A stretch of 64,000 nucleotides of DNA from Sulfolobales archaeon. Lineage in GTDB: Archaea > Thermoproteota > Thermoprotei_A > Sulfolobales > NBVN01. Below are positions 41,159 to 49,061 of the stretch, one piece after another (the first letter of the stretch is position 1; every line of letters begins with the position of its first letter). The notes beneath the pieces are model-generated. The model did not search any database. It saw nothing but the letters and a program-made list of their open reading frames with translations, and had not been told where the DNA came from. Location: assembly GCA_026419835.1 (NCBI GenBank), contig JAOAKQ010000002.1:3440-67439 (forward strand). The letters are read 5' to 3'. The position numbers were made by a program, and so were the translations under genes.

Positions 41159-41562
41159 GGGTAGACCACATCGGTATAGCCGTTAAGAACCTGGACGAGG
41201 CCGTTAAGTTCTACAGAGACATCCTGGGGTTGGAGTTGGTGAAGATCGAGGAGGTGCCTGAGGAGAGAGTTAGGGTGGCTATGTTTAGAGCTGGCGGCAC
41301 CTACGTAGAGCTCCTCCAGGGTACGGACCCCGATTCAGCTATCACTAAGTTCGTAGAGAGGAGGGGTGAGGGAATACACCACATCTCAATACACGTTGAG
41401 GATGTGGATGCGAAAACCGAGGAGCTCAAGGCTAGGGGGGTGGCGCTGGTCTACGACAAACCTAGGGAGGTAGCTCACGGTGAGAGGAAGATAAACTTCA
41501 TACACCCCAGGAGTGCTTTCGGAGTGCTGATCGAGATAATGACTAGGAGGGGTGAGTATTGA
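41155..41562 (+). CDS. mce: Methylmalonyl-CoA epimerase
   Basis: DHIGIAV, ELL, GEGIHHI, FIHP...GVLIE; located between the mutase subunits. Confidence 0.92.
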   Translation: MRVDHIGIAVKNLDEAVKFYRDILGLELVKIEEVPEERVRVAMFRAGGTYVELLQGTDPDSAITKFVERRGEGIHHISIHVEDVDAKTEELKARGVALVYDKPREVAHGERKINFIHPRSAFGVLIEIMTRRGEY

Positions 41563-43235
41563 CGGACTTGGAGAAGCTGAGGCGGAAGATCTCGGAGTGG
41601 GAGAGCGAGGTAGTCCTCCCCCTAGTTAAGAAGGTCCCGGAGAGGAAGAAGGTCTTCACCACCGAGGAGGGTCTCGAGGTTAAGAGGGTCTACACACCTC
41701 TAGACGTAGAGAAGTGGGACTACCTAGAGAAGTTGGGACTGCCGGGGACCTACCCGTTTACCAGAGGAATATATCCTACGATGTATAGAGGGAGGCCGTG
41801 GACCATCAGGCAGTACGCCGGGTACGGCTCAGCTGAAGATACTAACGAGAGGTACAGGTACCTACTGAGCATAGGTCAGACGGGCCTTAGCATAGCTTTC
41901 GACCTACCCACGCAGCTAGGCTACGACCCGGACCACCCCCTCGCTTGGTACGAGGTCGGTAAGGTGGGTGTCTCGGTTCCGGCCGTCACCGAGATGGACA
42001 TAGTGTTCAGGGACATACCGATGGAGAAGATCTCCACCTCCATGACCATCAACGCGACGGCCATCGAGATACTGGCTATGTACGTTGCTGTAGCTGAGAG
42101 CAGGGGGGTCCCCAGGGCGGTTCTGGATGGAACTACTCAGAACGACATCTTGAAGGAGTACATCGCTAGGAACAACTACATCTACCCTCCGGAGCCCTCC
42201 ATGAGGTACTCGGTCGACCTAATACTCTACACAGCTAAGGAGATGCCCAAGTGGAACCCTATAAGCATCAGCGGGTACCACATGGAGGAAGCGGGCGCCA
42301 CGCCGGCTATGGAGATAGCCTTCACATTCGCCGACGCAGTTGAGTACATTAGGTGGGCGAAGGAGAGGGGTAGGGTCGATGTAGATGCCTTCGCTCCGAA
42401 GCTGACGTTCTTCTTCGCGGCGAGAACGAACTTGTTCGAGCAGGTCGCTAAGTTCAGAGCCGCTAGGAGGATGTGGGCTAGGATAATGAAGGAGTGGTTC
42501 GGGGCTAAGGACTCCAGGTCCATGGTTCTCAGATTCCACACTCAGACAGCCGGCGTCACTCTAACGGCTCAGCAGCCGATGGTGAACATCATAAGAACGA
42601 CTCTCCAGGCACTAGCGGCTGTACTGGGAGGTACTCAGTCACTCCACGTAAACTCCTACGACGAGGCGCTATCCCTACCCACGGAGGAGTCGGTCAAGCT
42701 ATCCGTTAGAGTTCAGCAAGTACTTCTCTACGAGTCCGGAGTAGTCGACACGATAGACCCCCTCGGAGGCTCCTACTACGTCGAGTGGCTGACGGACCAG
42801 ATCGAGGAGAGGGCCTGGAAGTACCTAGAGGAGATCGAGAAGATGGGCGGTATGCTGAGAGCCGTTAAGCTGGGGTACCCGCAGCGTGAGATAGCCAGAG
42901 CGGCTTACGAGTGGCAGCTGAAGGTCGAGAATGGTGAGGTACCGATAGTAGGTGTGAACACGTTCGCAGAGCCCGAGGTACCCAAGGTCAAGATACTCAA
43001 GGTAGACCCCGTAGCCAGGGAAAGGGTCGTGAGCAGGTTGAGGAAGCTGAGGGGGAGCAGGGACGGCATCAAGGTGAGGGACGCTCTCGACGGAGTTAGG
43101 AGAGCCGCCGAGAGGGAGGAGGTCAACATGTTCACACCGATATACGAAGCCGTTAAGGTTGGTGCTACTATTGGTGAGATAAGTGAGGTTCTCAGGGAGG
43201 TCTGGGGTGAGTGGAGAGCTCCGGAGGTCTTCTAA
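41559..43235 (+). CDS. Methylmalonyl-CoA mutase, large (catalytic) subunit
   Basis: PFTRG.Y..MY..RPWTIRQYAG (Tyr), QNDILKEYIAR (Arg), ISISGYH, LGGTQSLH. Confidence 0.93.
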   Translation: MTDLEKLRRKISEWESEVVLPLVKKVPERKKVFTTEEGLEVKRVYTPLDVEKWDYLEKLGLPGTYPFTRGIYPTMYRGRPWTIRQYAGYGSAEDTNERYRYLLSIGQTGLSIAFDLPTQLGYDPDHPLAWYEVGKVGVSVPAVTEMDIVFRDIPMEKISTSMTINATAIEILAMYVAVAESRGVPRAVLDGTTQNDILKEYIARNNYIYPPEPSMRYSVDLILYTAKEMPKWNPISISGYHMEEAGATPAMEIAFTFADAVEYIRWAKERGRVDVDAFAPKLTFFFAARTNLFEQVAKFRAARRMWARIMKEWFGAKDSRSMVLRFHTQTAGVTLTAQQPMVNIIRTTLQALAAVLGGTQSLHVNSYDEALSLPTEESVKLSVRVQQVLLYESGVVDTIDPLGGSYYVEWLTDQIEERAWKYLEEIEKMGGMLRAVKLGYPQREIARAAYEWQLKVENGEVPIVGVNTFAEPEVPKVKILKVDPVARERVVSRLRKLRGSRDGIKVRDALDGVRRAAEREEVNMFTPIYEAVKVGATIGEISEVLREVWGEWRAPEVF

Positions 43236-43725
43236 TAGCTACCAACACCAAGAAGCCTCTCTCACTGCGCTTAAGAGCTTCAACTAGAGACCTATCTAGG
43301 TCTCCGGCCGCTTTACTAGATCTAAGCCCTATCGTTGAGTCATCTACGTAGTCAGACCTTCTGATTACCATCTTTCTACTATCTTTAAAGGTGAGTTTCT
43401 CAGAGCCCGACGCGTAGAGGTAGTCGAAGAATCCGCTACTAGTTACTATAATTGCGAGTAGAGAGCCCCCTCTCCTCAAGACTTCTTTAACACAGTGACT
43501 CAGATCTAGAGCGCTCTTACTACTCTTAACTCCAATAATGCAGTCACCTCTGGGTGTTAAGTACTCGTCCTTAGTTACTTCGAGAGTTGTCCTGTGAGAC
43601 GCTCTGACGTTTTCATGTCCTGAGAAGACCACTACGTCTACGCAGTAATCTAGCTCGCCGGCTACGCTCTCTAGGTGCGCGACTACCACCCCAAGCGCAG
43701 TACTACTCTCCTCAACAAAAACCAT
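43192..43725 (-). CDS. DUF371 domain protein (true start probably downstream of 43725)
   Basis: GHENVRASHRTTLEVTKD..LTPRGDCIIGV, VIRRSDY, KAA.DL. Confidence 0.88.
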   Translation of the reverse strand: MVFVEESSTALGVVVAHLESVAGELDYCVDVVVFSGHENVRASHRTTLEVTKDEYLTPRGDCIIGVKSSKSALDLSHCVKEVLRRGGSLLAIIVTSSGFFDYLYASGSEKLTFKDSRKMVIRRSDYVDDSTIGLRSSKAAGDLDRSLVEALKRSERGFLVLVAIRRPPELSTHPRPP

Positions 43726-44015
43726 TTTCAGCTGATTTCAACTTCACAGCATATTCCCGCTAGTCTCGAACTAAGAGTTCCCTTTTCAAAACTGTACCTA
43801 CTGTAGCGCACTAATTACTCAAGTCTTGGTACACACTCAGCTCCGATAATAGTAGTCTTGAGACTCCGACTTGAGCGATTTCTACGCATCGAGATAGATC
43901 TAGGAGAGCCTCCGGAAAGCGCACTCCAATGGATATCGGCCGCGGATGTCATTACCTACTCGCTATACTCGAAGAAATGCGATGTTTGTAGACGGGATAT
44001 TTAATTTAGGTGTGT

Positions 44016-44028
44016 ACTTAGTATAAGT
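44016..44028. promoter_or_regulatory. Inverted repeat ACTTA-gta-TAAGT between the TATA box and vapB start (possible autoregulatory operator)
   Basis: Palindrome just upstream of the antitoxin ATG. Confidence 0.35.
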
Positions 44029-44039
44029 GGTGGTAGACT

Positions 44040-44264
44040 ATGAGTGATGTTTTAAGTATACGTATACCGAGGGAGTTAAAGGCTAAGATGAGAGAACTAG
44101 ATGTAAACTGGAAAGACGAGATAGTGAAGTTTCTAGCTGAGAGGGTGGAGTATTACCGTAGGTTGAAGGTAGTTAAGGAAGTCCGCAAGATCGTTGAGAA
44201 CATACCCAGAAGCGAGCCGGGGACAGCCGCGAGGTATGTGAGGGAAGATCGTGATAGTAATTGA
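44040..44264 (+). CDS. vapB: VapB-type antitoxin (RHH/CopG)
   Basis: VLSIRIPRELK..M....VNW..EI; C-terminal VREDRD; overlaps PIN gene. Confidence 0.85.
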   Translation: MSDVLSIRIPRELKAKMRELDVNWKDEIVKFLAERVEYYRRLKVVKEVRKIVENIPRSEPGTAARYVREDRDSN

Positions 44265-44658
44265 TGCTTCTGCGCTAGCTAAGTACCTACTTAGGGAACC
44301 TGATTATGATAGAGTTGAGCAGTACTTAGTTACTGGCGTTCACTCCGTAGACCACCTAGTCAAGGAGGTAGCTAGTGCCATTCGTAAGCACGCAGTTGTA
44401 TATAGAAAGATCAGCGTTCAAGATGCGAGGGAACTCTATAGAGCGCTACTCATGCTTCTCGAAGGCGGGGTCGTAGTGCTGGAAGCTCAAGAAAAGTACA
44501 TGCGCCAAGCATTTGATATGGCGTTGAACTACGAAATCACAGTATACGACGCATTGTATATAGCGCAGGCAAAAGCTAGAAGTTCGAAGTTACTGACATC
44601 AGATAGAGTGCAGGCGGTAGTAGCGGAAAAACTCGGAGTAGAGGTTCTACATGTATAA
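44251..44658 (+). CDS. vapC: VapC PIN-domain toxin
   Basis: IVIDAS, KEV, TVYDALYIA, LLTSD. Confidence 0.92.
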   Translation: MIVIDASALAKYLLREPDYDRVEQYLVTGVHSVDHLVKEVASAIRKHAVVYRKISVQDARELYRALLMLLEGGVVVLEAQEKYMRQAFDMALNYEITVYDALYIAQAKARSSKLLTSDRVQAVVAEKLGVEVLHV

Positions 44659-44911
44659 GTAGACAGCTCCGTTCCTGAGTGGTGGCGTTACCCGTGGGCG
44701 CGGTTCGGCGTGCTTACGTGGACTACACCTCTAAAAACATCTGTACCGCTAGTTCAGGTGTTTAACGCGCACAGGCCTTCTCACATCCAAAATGAATTCG
44801 TACAACTTCAATCCGCTCTACTCTATCTTCGCTGGTTGAAGTCGGCTCTAGCTTCGTGCAGCCGCACACGTATGCCTTCAGATGGTTTATCACTTCGATC
44901 ACCTATCTAGT

Positions 44912-45601
44912 GTGGGTGGAAGGATCTTCGAAGAGGAGAGGAGGAGGGTCGTTAGGTCCTTGATTGCCGAGGGTTACCTACGCACCCAGGCAGTCGTAGA
45001 CGCCATGCTCAGAGTGCCGAGAGAGGAGTTCGTACTACCCGAGTACAGGAGGTTCAGCTACTACGACACACCGCTACCGATAGGCTGCGGGCAGACGATA
45101 AGCGCTCCCCACATGGTCGCCATCATGACTGAGAAGCTGGAGCCTAGACCCGGCCAGAGGGTTCTCGAGGTGGGGACTGGGAGTGGTTACCAGGCGGCAA
45201 TTCTAGCTGAGGTAGTGGGTCCCAGAGGGCATGTGTGGACCATAGAGAGAATTCCGCAGCTAGCTGAGTACGCGCTCAACAACTTAAGGAGGACTAAGTA
45301 CTTAGATAGAGTGACAGTAGTTGTTGGCGACGGTAGTGAGGGCTACCCGCCGGCGGCGCCGTACGACAGGGTAATAGTCACGGCTGCGGCGCCGGATATA
45401 CCAAAACCACTAGTAGACCAGCTCGAAGACGGGGGCAGGCTGGTGATCCCGGTAGGTAGTAGGTGGATCCAGGTACTCAAGGTAGTGGTGAAGGAAGGCG
45501 GTAGAGTGAGAGTGGAGAGAGACATCCCATGCGTCTTCGTACCGCTAGTAGGAAAGTACGGATTTAAAGAAGTAGAGAACCGAGATAGAGATATTTGGTG
45601 A
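44912..45601 (+). CDS. pcm: Protein-L-isoaspartate O-methyltransferase
   Basis: VPREEF, GQTISAPHM, LEVGTGSGY, GDGSEG, APYD. Start 44882 or 44912. Confidence 0.94.
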   Translation: MGGRIFEEERRRVVRSLIAEGYLRTQAVVDAMLRVPREEFVLPEYRRFSYYDTPLPIGCGQTISAPHMVAIMTEKLEPRPGQRVLEVGTGSGYQAAILAEVVGPRGHVWTIERIPQLAEYALNNLRRTKYLDRVTVVVGDGSEGYPPAAPYDRVIVTAAAPDIPKPLVDQLEDGGRLVIPVGSRWIQVLKVVVKEGGRVRVERDIPCVFVPLVGKYGFKEVENRDRDIW

Positions 45602-45892
45602 TTTCAATCTTTTCTACCGATTTAAACGCTATCTCCACTACGCACATCTCTGCGCTATTTAAGTTTTAAAGTCTTAGCGTGAATTAGTTCTTTCAGCCTT
45701 TTCCGCACATGATAACTTCCGAATTCTAGGTACATGGAAAAGGGTTTAGCGTATTCTTCAAATACTTCGCTACCTACATTCAGGAAGCTCGTAATCGCAT
45801 TAGGTGAACGTGACGTCCTACATTCACGTTCTCCATAAGCGACGTTGTGGAGTTCAGGCTGGTGCGGCCACCAGTCTTGGACTTAGATGTAG

Positions 45893-45967
45893 CGGGCCCG
45901 CCGGGATTTGAACCCGGGACCTCCGGCTCCGAAGGCCGGCACCCTATCCTGGCTAGGCTACGGGCCC
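45893..45967 (-). tRNA. tRNA-Arg (UCG), intron-less, CCA not encoded
   Basis: GGGCCCG/CGGGCCC acceptor stem, anticodon arm CCGGC-CT-TCG-GA-GCCGG, GGTTCAAATCC T-arm, TATA-like box upstream. Confidence 0.96.
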
Positions 45968-46069
45968 CCTACATAGCTTGCTTGAGAGCTTATAGTTGTG
46001 GACTAGCGTGGTGACCAGCTCTCTCTAGTTTTTAGCTCCAGGTCTACCTAACCTGGTGTAGAGATGTAG

Positions 46070-47641
46070 ATGAGGAGAATACTGCTGGTGACTACACAGT
46101 CAGCTCAGAACATCGTGAGAGAGGTGTCTCTAGCTCTTCAGAAGAGCTACCAGGTAGATATCTACGTTTCTAAAGCTGTCGTAGCTCAGTTCACTAACTG
46201 CGAAGAGCTCTCGGTGGAGCTCCGAGAGCGTATAGGTAGGTGCGAATACGACCTAGTCCTTATTCCGGGATTAGTTCACGGTTCTACTGAAGTTATTGAG
46301 AGAGCTACAGGTTGCGAAGTATATAAGGGCCCTAGGTACGCTGGTGACATACCCCTAGCTCTAGAGCTGGTTGAGGGGGGGTTTAAGCTGAGTAGAGAGG
46401 TTCCAGCAGACGTACTCTACTCAGAGTACTTCTCTTCCCGCGCAATGTCTCTGTATAGCCGGGAGGTTTCATCTAAGAAACCTCTGTTTGAACTAGGTGG
46501 TGCTGGGGTATTTCTAGATCCACCACCGATAAGACTCCTACTGGAAGTCGTAGTACCGAATGAGGAGGTACTTAGCGAGAAGATCGAGAGAGCCGCCGAG
46601 TCCGGTTTCGATGGTGTTGTTGTTGGATGCGGTAGTAGCTGCGCGTACGCTAAGTTGGAGAAGTACGTAGATAGAGTTAGAGAGCGTGGAGTTAGGGTAG
46701 TAGGTGTTGACGCCCCCAGAGTTCTAGAAGTACCTAGAGACCTTCTAAAGAAGGTAGACCTAGTCTTCAACGTAACCCAGGCGGATGCCGAGAAAGTTAC
46801 CGACCTACTGAACCGCGGGACTGCCGTTGTTGTAATACCTTCAACGCTAGAGAGCCTGGAGATGGCTATTCAGAGTATTGAGAAAGCTGTGTCTACGCTG
46901 AGAGAAGCCGGCTTGGAGAAGATTTTCGTAGATCCTCTCGTAAAACCTCCCGGCACGGGATTCGCAGAATCGATAATCAGGTTCAGCTACTCGAGAAGAA
47001 GAGTGAGCTACCCACATCTCCTCAGTACTGCGAACGTCTACGAACTTATTGATGCCGATAGCCACGGAGTAGTCGCTCTACTTCTAACACTAGCTATGGA
47101 ACTAGGAGCTTCAGTAGTTCTAGCCACGGAGGAGAGCGCTAAGTCCTTCGGAGCTATAGAAGAGCACTCAGTAGCTAGGTACATGGCCTACACCTCCTAC
47201 CTCAAGAAGTCCCCGCCTAAGGACGTACCGGGAGGAGTGAACCTACTGATAGTTAAGGAGAAGAAGTTAAAGAACTTCGCACCACCAGACTTCAGCGGGC
47301 CCACCGAGTACGTCGGTACGGTGGAGCTCAGAGAAGATCCGAACTACTTCGTAAAGATATACGTAGACTTCGCTAGGAACGCCGTGGTTGTAGATGTTCA
47401 CAGTGCTAGGAGCGGGGCAGTACTGGGGAGGTTCGTGGGGACCCACTCAGCGTCCCTAGCGCGGGCAGTTCTCAGAAAATTCGAGTTGACTTCAGAGCAC
47501 GCTGCCTACCTAGGGTACGAGCTCTGTAAGGCTGAGCTAGCCCTCAAGTTCAGGAAGAACTACGAGCAGGACCGCGATATATTTACGTCACCTACGGAGA
47601 GAGTTAGGGAGCTCAGGGAGCTCCTGAGTTCTCTCTCGTAG
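46070..47641 (+). CDS. Dihydropteroate synthase-like protein (TIGR00284 type, C-terminal DUF4346)
   Basis: KGPRYAGD, PAD, NVYELIDADSHG, TEES.K, HAAYLGYEL.KAELA...Y.QD. Confidence 0.85.
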   Translation: MRRILLVTTQSAQNIVREVSLALQKSYQVDIYVSKAVVAQFTNCEELSVELRERIGRCEYDLVLIPGLVHGSTEVIERATGCEVYKGPRYAGDIPLALELVEGGFKLSREVPADVLYSEYFSSRAMSLYSREVSSKKPLFELGGAGVFLDPPPIRLLLEVVVPNEEVLSEKIERAAESGFDGVVVGCGSSCAYAKLEKYVDRVRERGVRVVGVDAPRVLEVPRDLLKKVDLVFNVTQADAEKVTDLLNRGTAVVVIPSTLESLEMAIQSIEKAVSTLREAGLEKIFVDPLVKPPGTGFAESIIRFSYSRRRVSYPHLLSTANVYELIDADSHGVVALLLTLAMELGASVVLATEESAKSFGAIEEHSVARYMAYTSYLKKSPPKDVPGGVNLLIVKEKKLKNFAPPDFSGPTEYVGTVELREDPNYFVKIYVDFARNAVVVDVHSARSGAVLGRFVGTHSASLARAVLRKFELTSEHAAYLGYELCKAELALKFRKNYEQDRDIFTSPTERVRELRELLSSLS

Positions 47642-47684
47642 AAAAGCTTAATAATTCCCTGGACAGGAAACTACGGGACGTAGA

Positions 47685-47897
47685 ATGTCTATGAGAAGAA
47701 GGGAGGCGAGAATTAAGAAGATCTCCGGGAGGAAGGTAGTTAGAGGTAAGACCTACACCTACGAGTACTACACTCTTCCCCTCAATCTCTACATACCTAA
47801 GTTAATGGTGGAGAAGTGGGGGGAGGAGTACATCGTTGAGAGAGATATCGAGAAGGGAGTCATATTAATCAAGTCGAAGAAGTTGGAGTCCGGCTGA
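47685..47897 (+). CDS. Small basic protein, possibly nucleic-acid binding (AbrB-like)
   Basis: 70 aa, K/R-rich, YEYYTLPLNLYIPK; TATA-like box upstream. Confidence 0.7.
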   Translation: MSMRRREARIKKISGRKVVRGKTYTYEYYTLPLNLYIPKLMVEKWGEEYIVERDIEKGVILIKSKKLESG

Positions 47898-47900
47898 GTC

Positions 47901-48260
47901 TTGAAGAGATCCGCTAAGAGAGAAATACTGCTTATTTTACTTCAACTCATTCCCCCGGGGAAGGTCACGACGTACGGTTCTCTAGCTAGAATTCTGAAGA
48001 CCTCTCCGAGAGTTGTTGGGATGATGCTCAAGCGAAATGAGAGGCTTATCACCATACCCTGCCATAGGGTTGTGGAGAGCTCTAGGCGTTTAGGAGGGTA
48101 CAGTGTGAGCGGTAAGAGTAGGCGTGACTTCAAGCTAAAGCTTCTGAAGCTGGAGGGAGTTTGCTTCAATAAGTCCAGGGTTAGCTCAGATAGCGTTATC
48201 CTACTCGACTCACTGCTGCTTCTGGAGAACCGTAGAAGTGAGTGCGAGGTTCTTCTTTAG
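47901..48260 (+). CDS. MGMT family O6-alkylguanine DNA alkyltransferase (C-terminal domain only)
   Basis: IPPGKVTTYG, PRVVG, IPCHRVV, LEG. Confidence 0.88.
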   Translation: MKRSAKREILLILLQLIPPGKVTTYGSLARILKTSPRVVGMMLKRNERLITIPCHRVVESSRRLGGYSVSGKSRRDFKLKLLKLEGVCFNKSRVSSDSVILLDSLLLLENRRSECEVLL

Positions 48261-49061
48261 TTCTTCGAGTAGCTTATCAATAAATTCCTCAGAACTGTGT
48301 GTAGAAAATAGTAAAGCCTCAAGATTCCTAGTATCTCCTATACTGAATACCTTGGAGAACCTCTTGAGAGCCGCTGCTAGTAGTGGATTAACGGCCTCTT
48401 TTTCAGGTAGTGGCGTATCGAGGTATCTAATAACTGAATTTAGTGCTGAAGCTAGGACTAAGTCGAGAAGTACTTCAGAAGATGAGCCCGGTAGTACTCT
48501 AGCTAAGTTTAGCTTAGTAGACTCGTATAGTGATACTACAGCGTTCTTTAAGTTCCTGACTAGCCCCCCGGTATCTCTATGAGAAACTGATTCGAGAACT
48601 CGCTCTATTTCTTCTCTAGCAGCGCTAGTCCACGGACCTCTACCTAACTTAACTACATCAGCTAGTTCTTTAGATACTTCAGAGAGCTTCCTCCAGTTAA
48701 TGAAGATACTACTAGAGAGAACTAGGAACAGCTTTATAATGGCGACCGCGGCTCTATAGAATGCCTTAAGCACGTCACTAACGCTGTCAAAGATAGCTTG
48801 GTTTGATGCTACTGTCAGTAGTACGAGTAAACAGGAGATAGTGTCCCTATCACCTACAGTCTGAGGCTGTATTTCAACCACTTCCTTATTTATTAACCTG
48901 ATAGTTAGCTTTCCAGATATCTCATCCAGCACTAAGTCCTCGATAGACTCGATTCTAAAGTACCTCCAAGCTCTCGAAGTCTTCACAACTATGCGGTTAT
49001 TCTCGATCTCTACTTGACAGCTGTAGATAGCTTTCCTATCTTTACACAGCACTTTCCTCAC
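48210..49061 (-). CDS. Hypothetical protein: PH-like beta N-domain plus helical C-domain
   Basis: 283-aa ORF overlapping the upstream gene's 3' end by 20 nt; fold inferred from sequence pattern only. Confidence 0.65.
   Translation of the reverse strand: MRKVLCKDRKAIYSCQVEIENNRIVVKTSRAWRYFRIESIEDLVLDEISGKLTIRLINKEVVEIQPQTVGDRDTISCLLVLLTVASNQAIFDSVSDVLKAFYRAAVAIIKLFLVLSSSIFINWRKLSEVSKELADVVKLGRGPWTSAAREEIERVLESVSHRDTGGLVRNLKNAVVSLYESTKLNLARVLPGSSSEVLLDLVLASALNSVIRYLDTPLPEKEAVNPLLAAALKRFSKVFSIGDTRNLEALLFSTHSSEEFIDKLLEELKKNLALTSTVLQKQQ

Noticed and set aside
44710-44910. 66-aa ORF between vapC and pcm
   Set aside because: No RBS or motif and atypical composition; cannot be supported.
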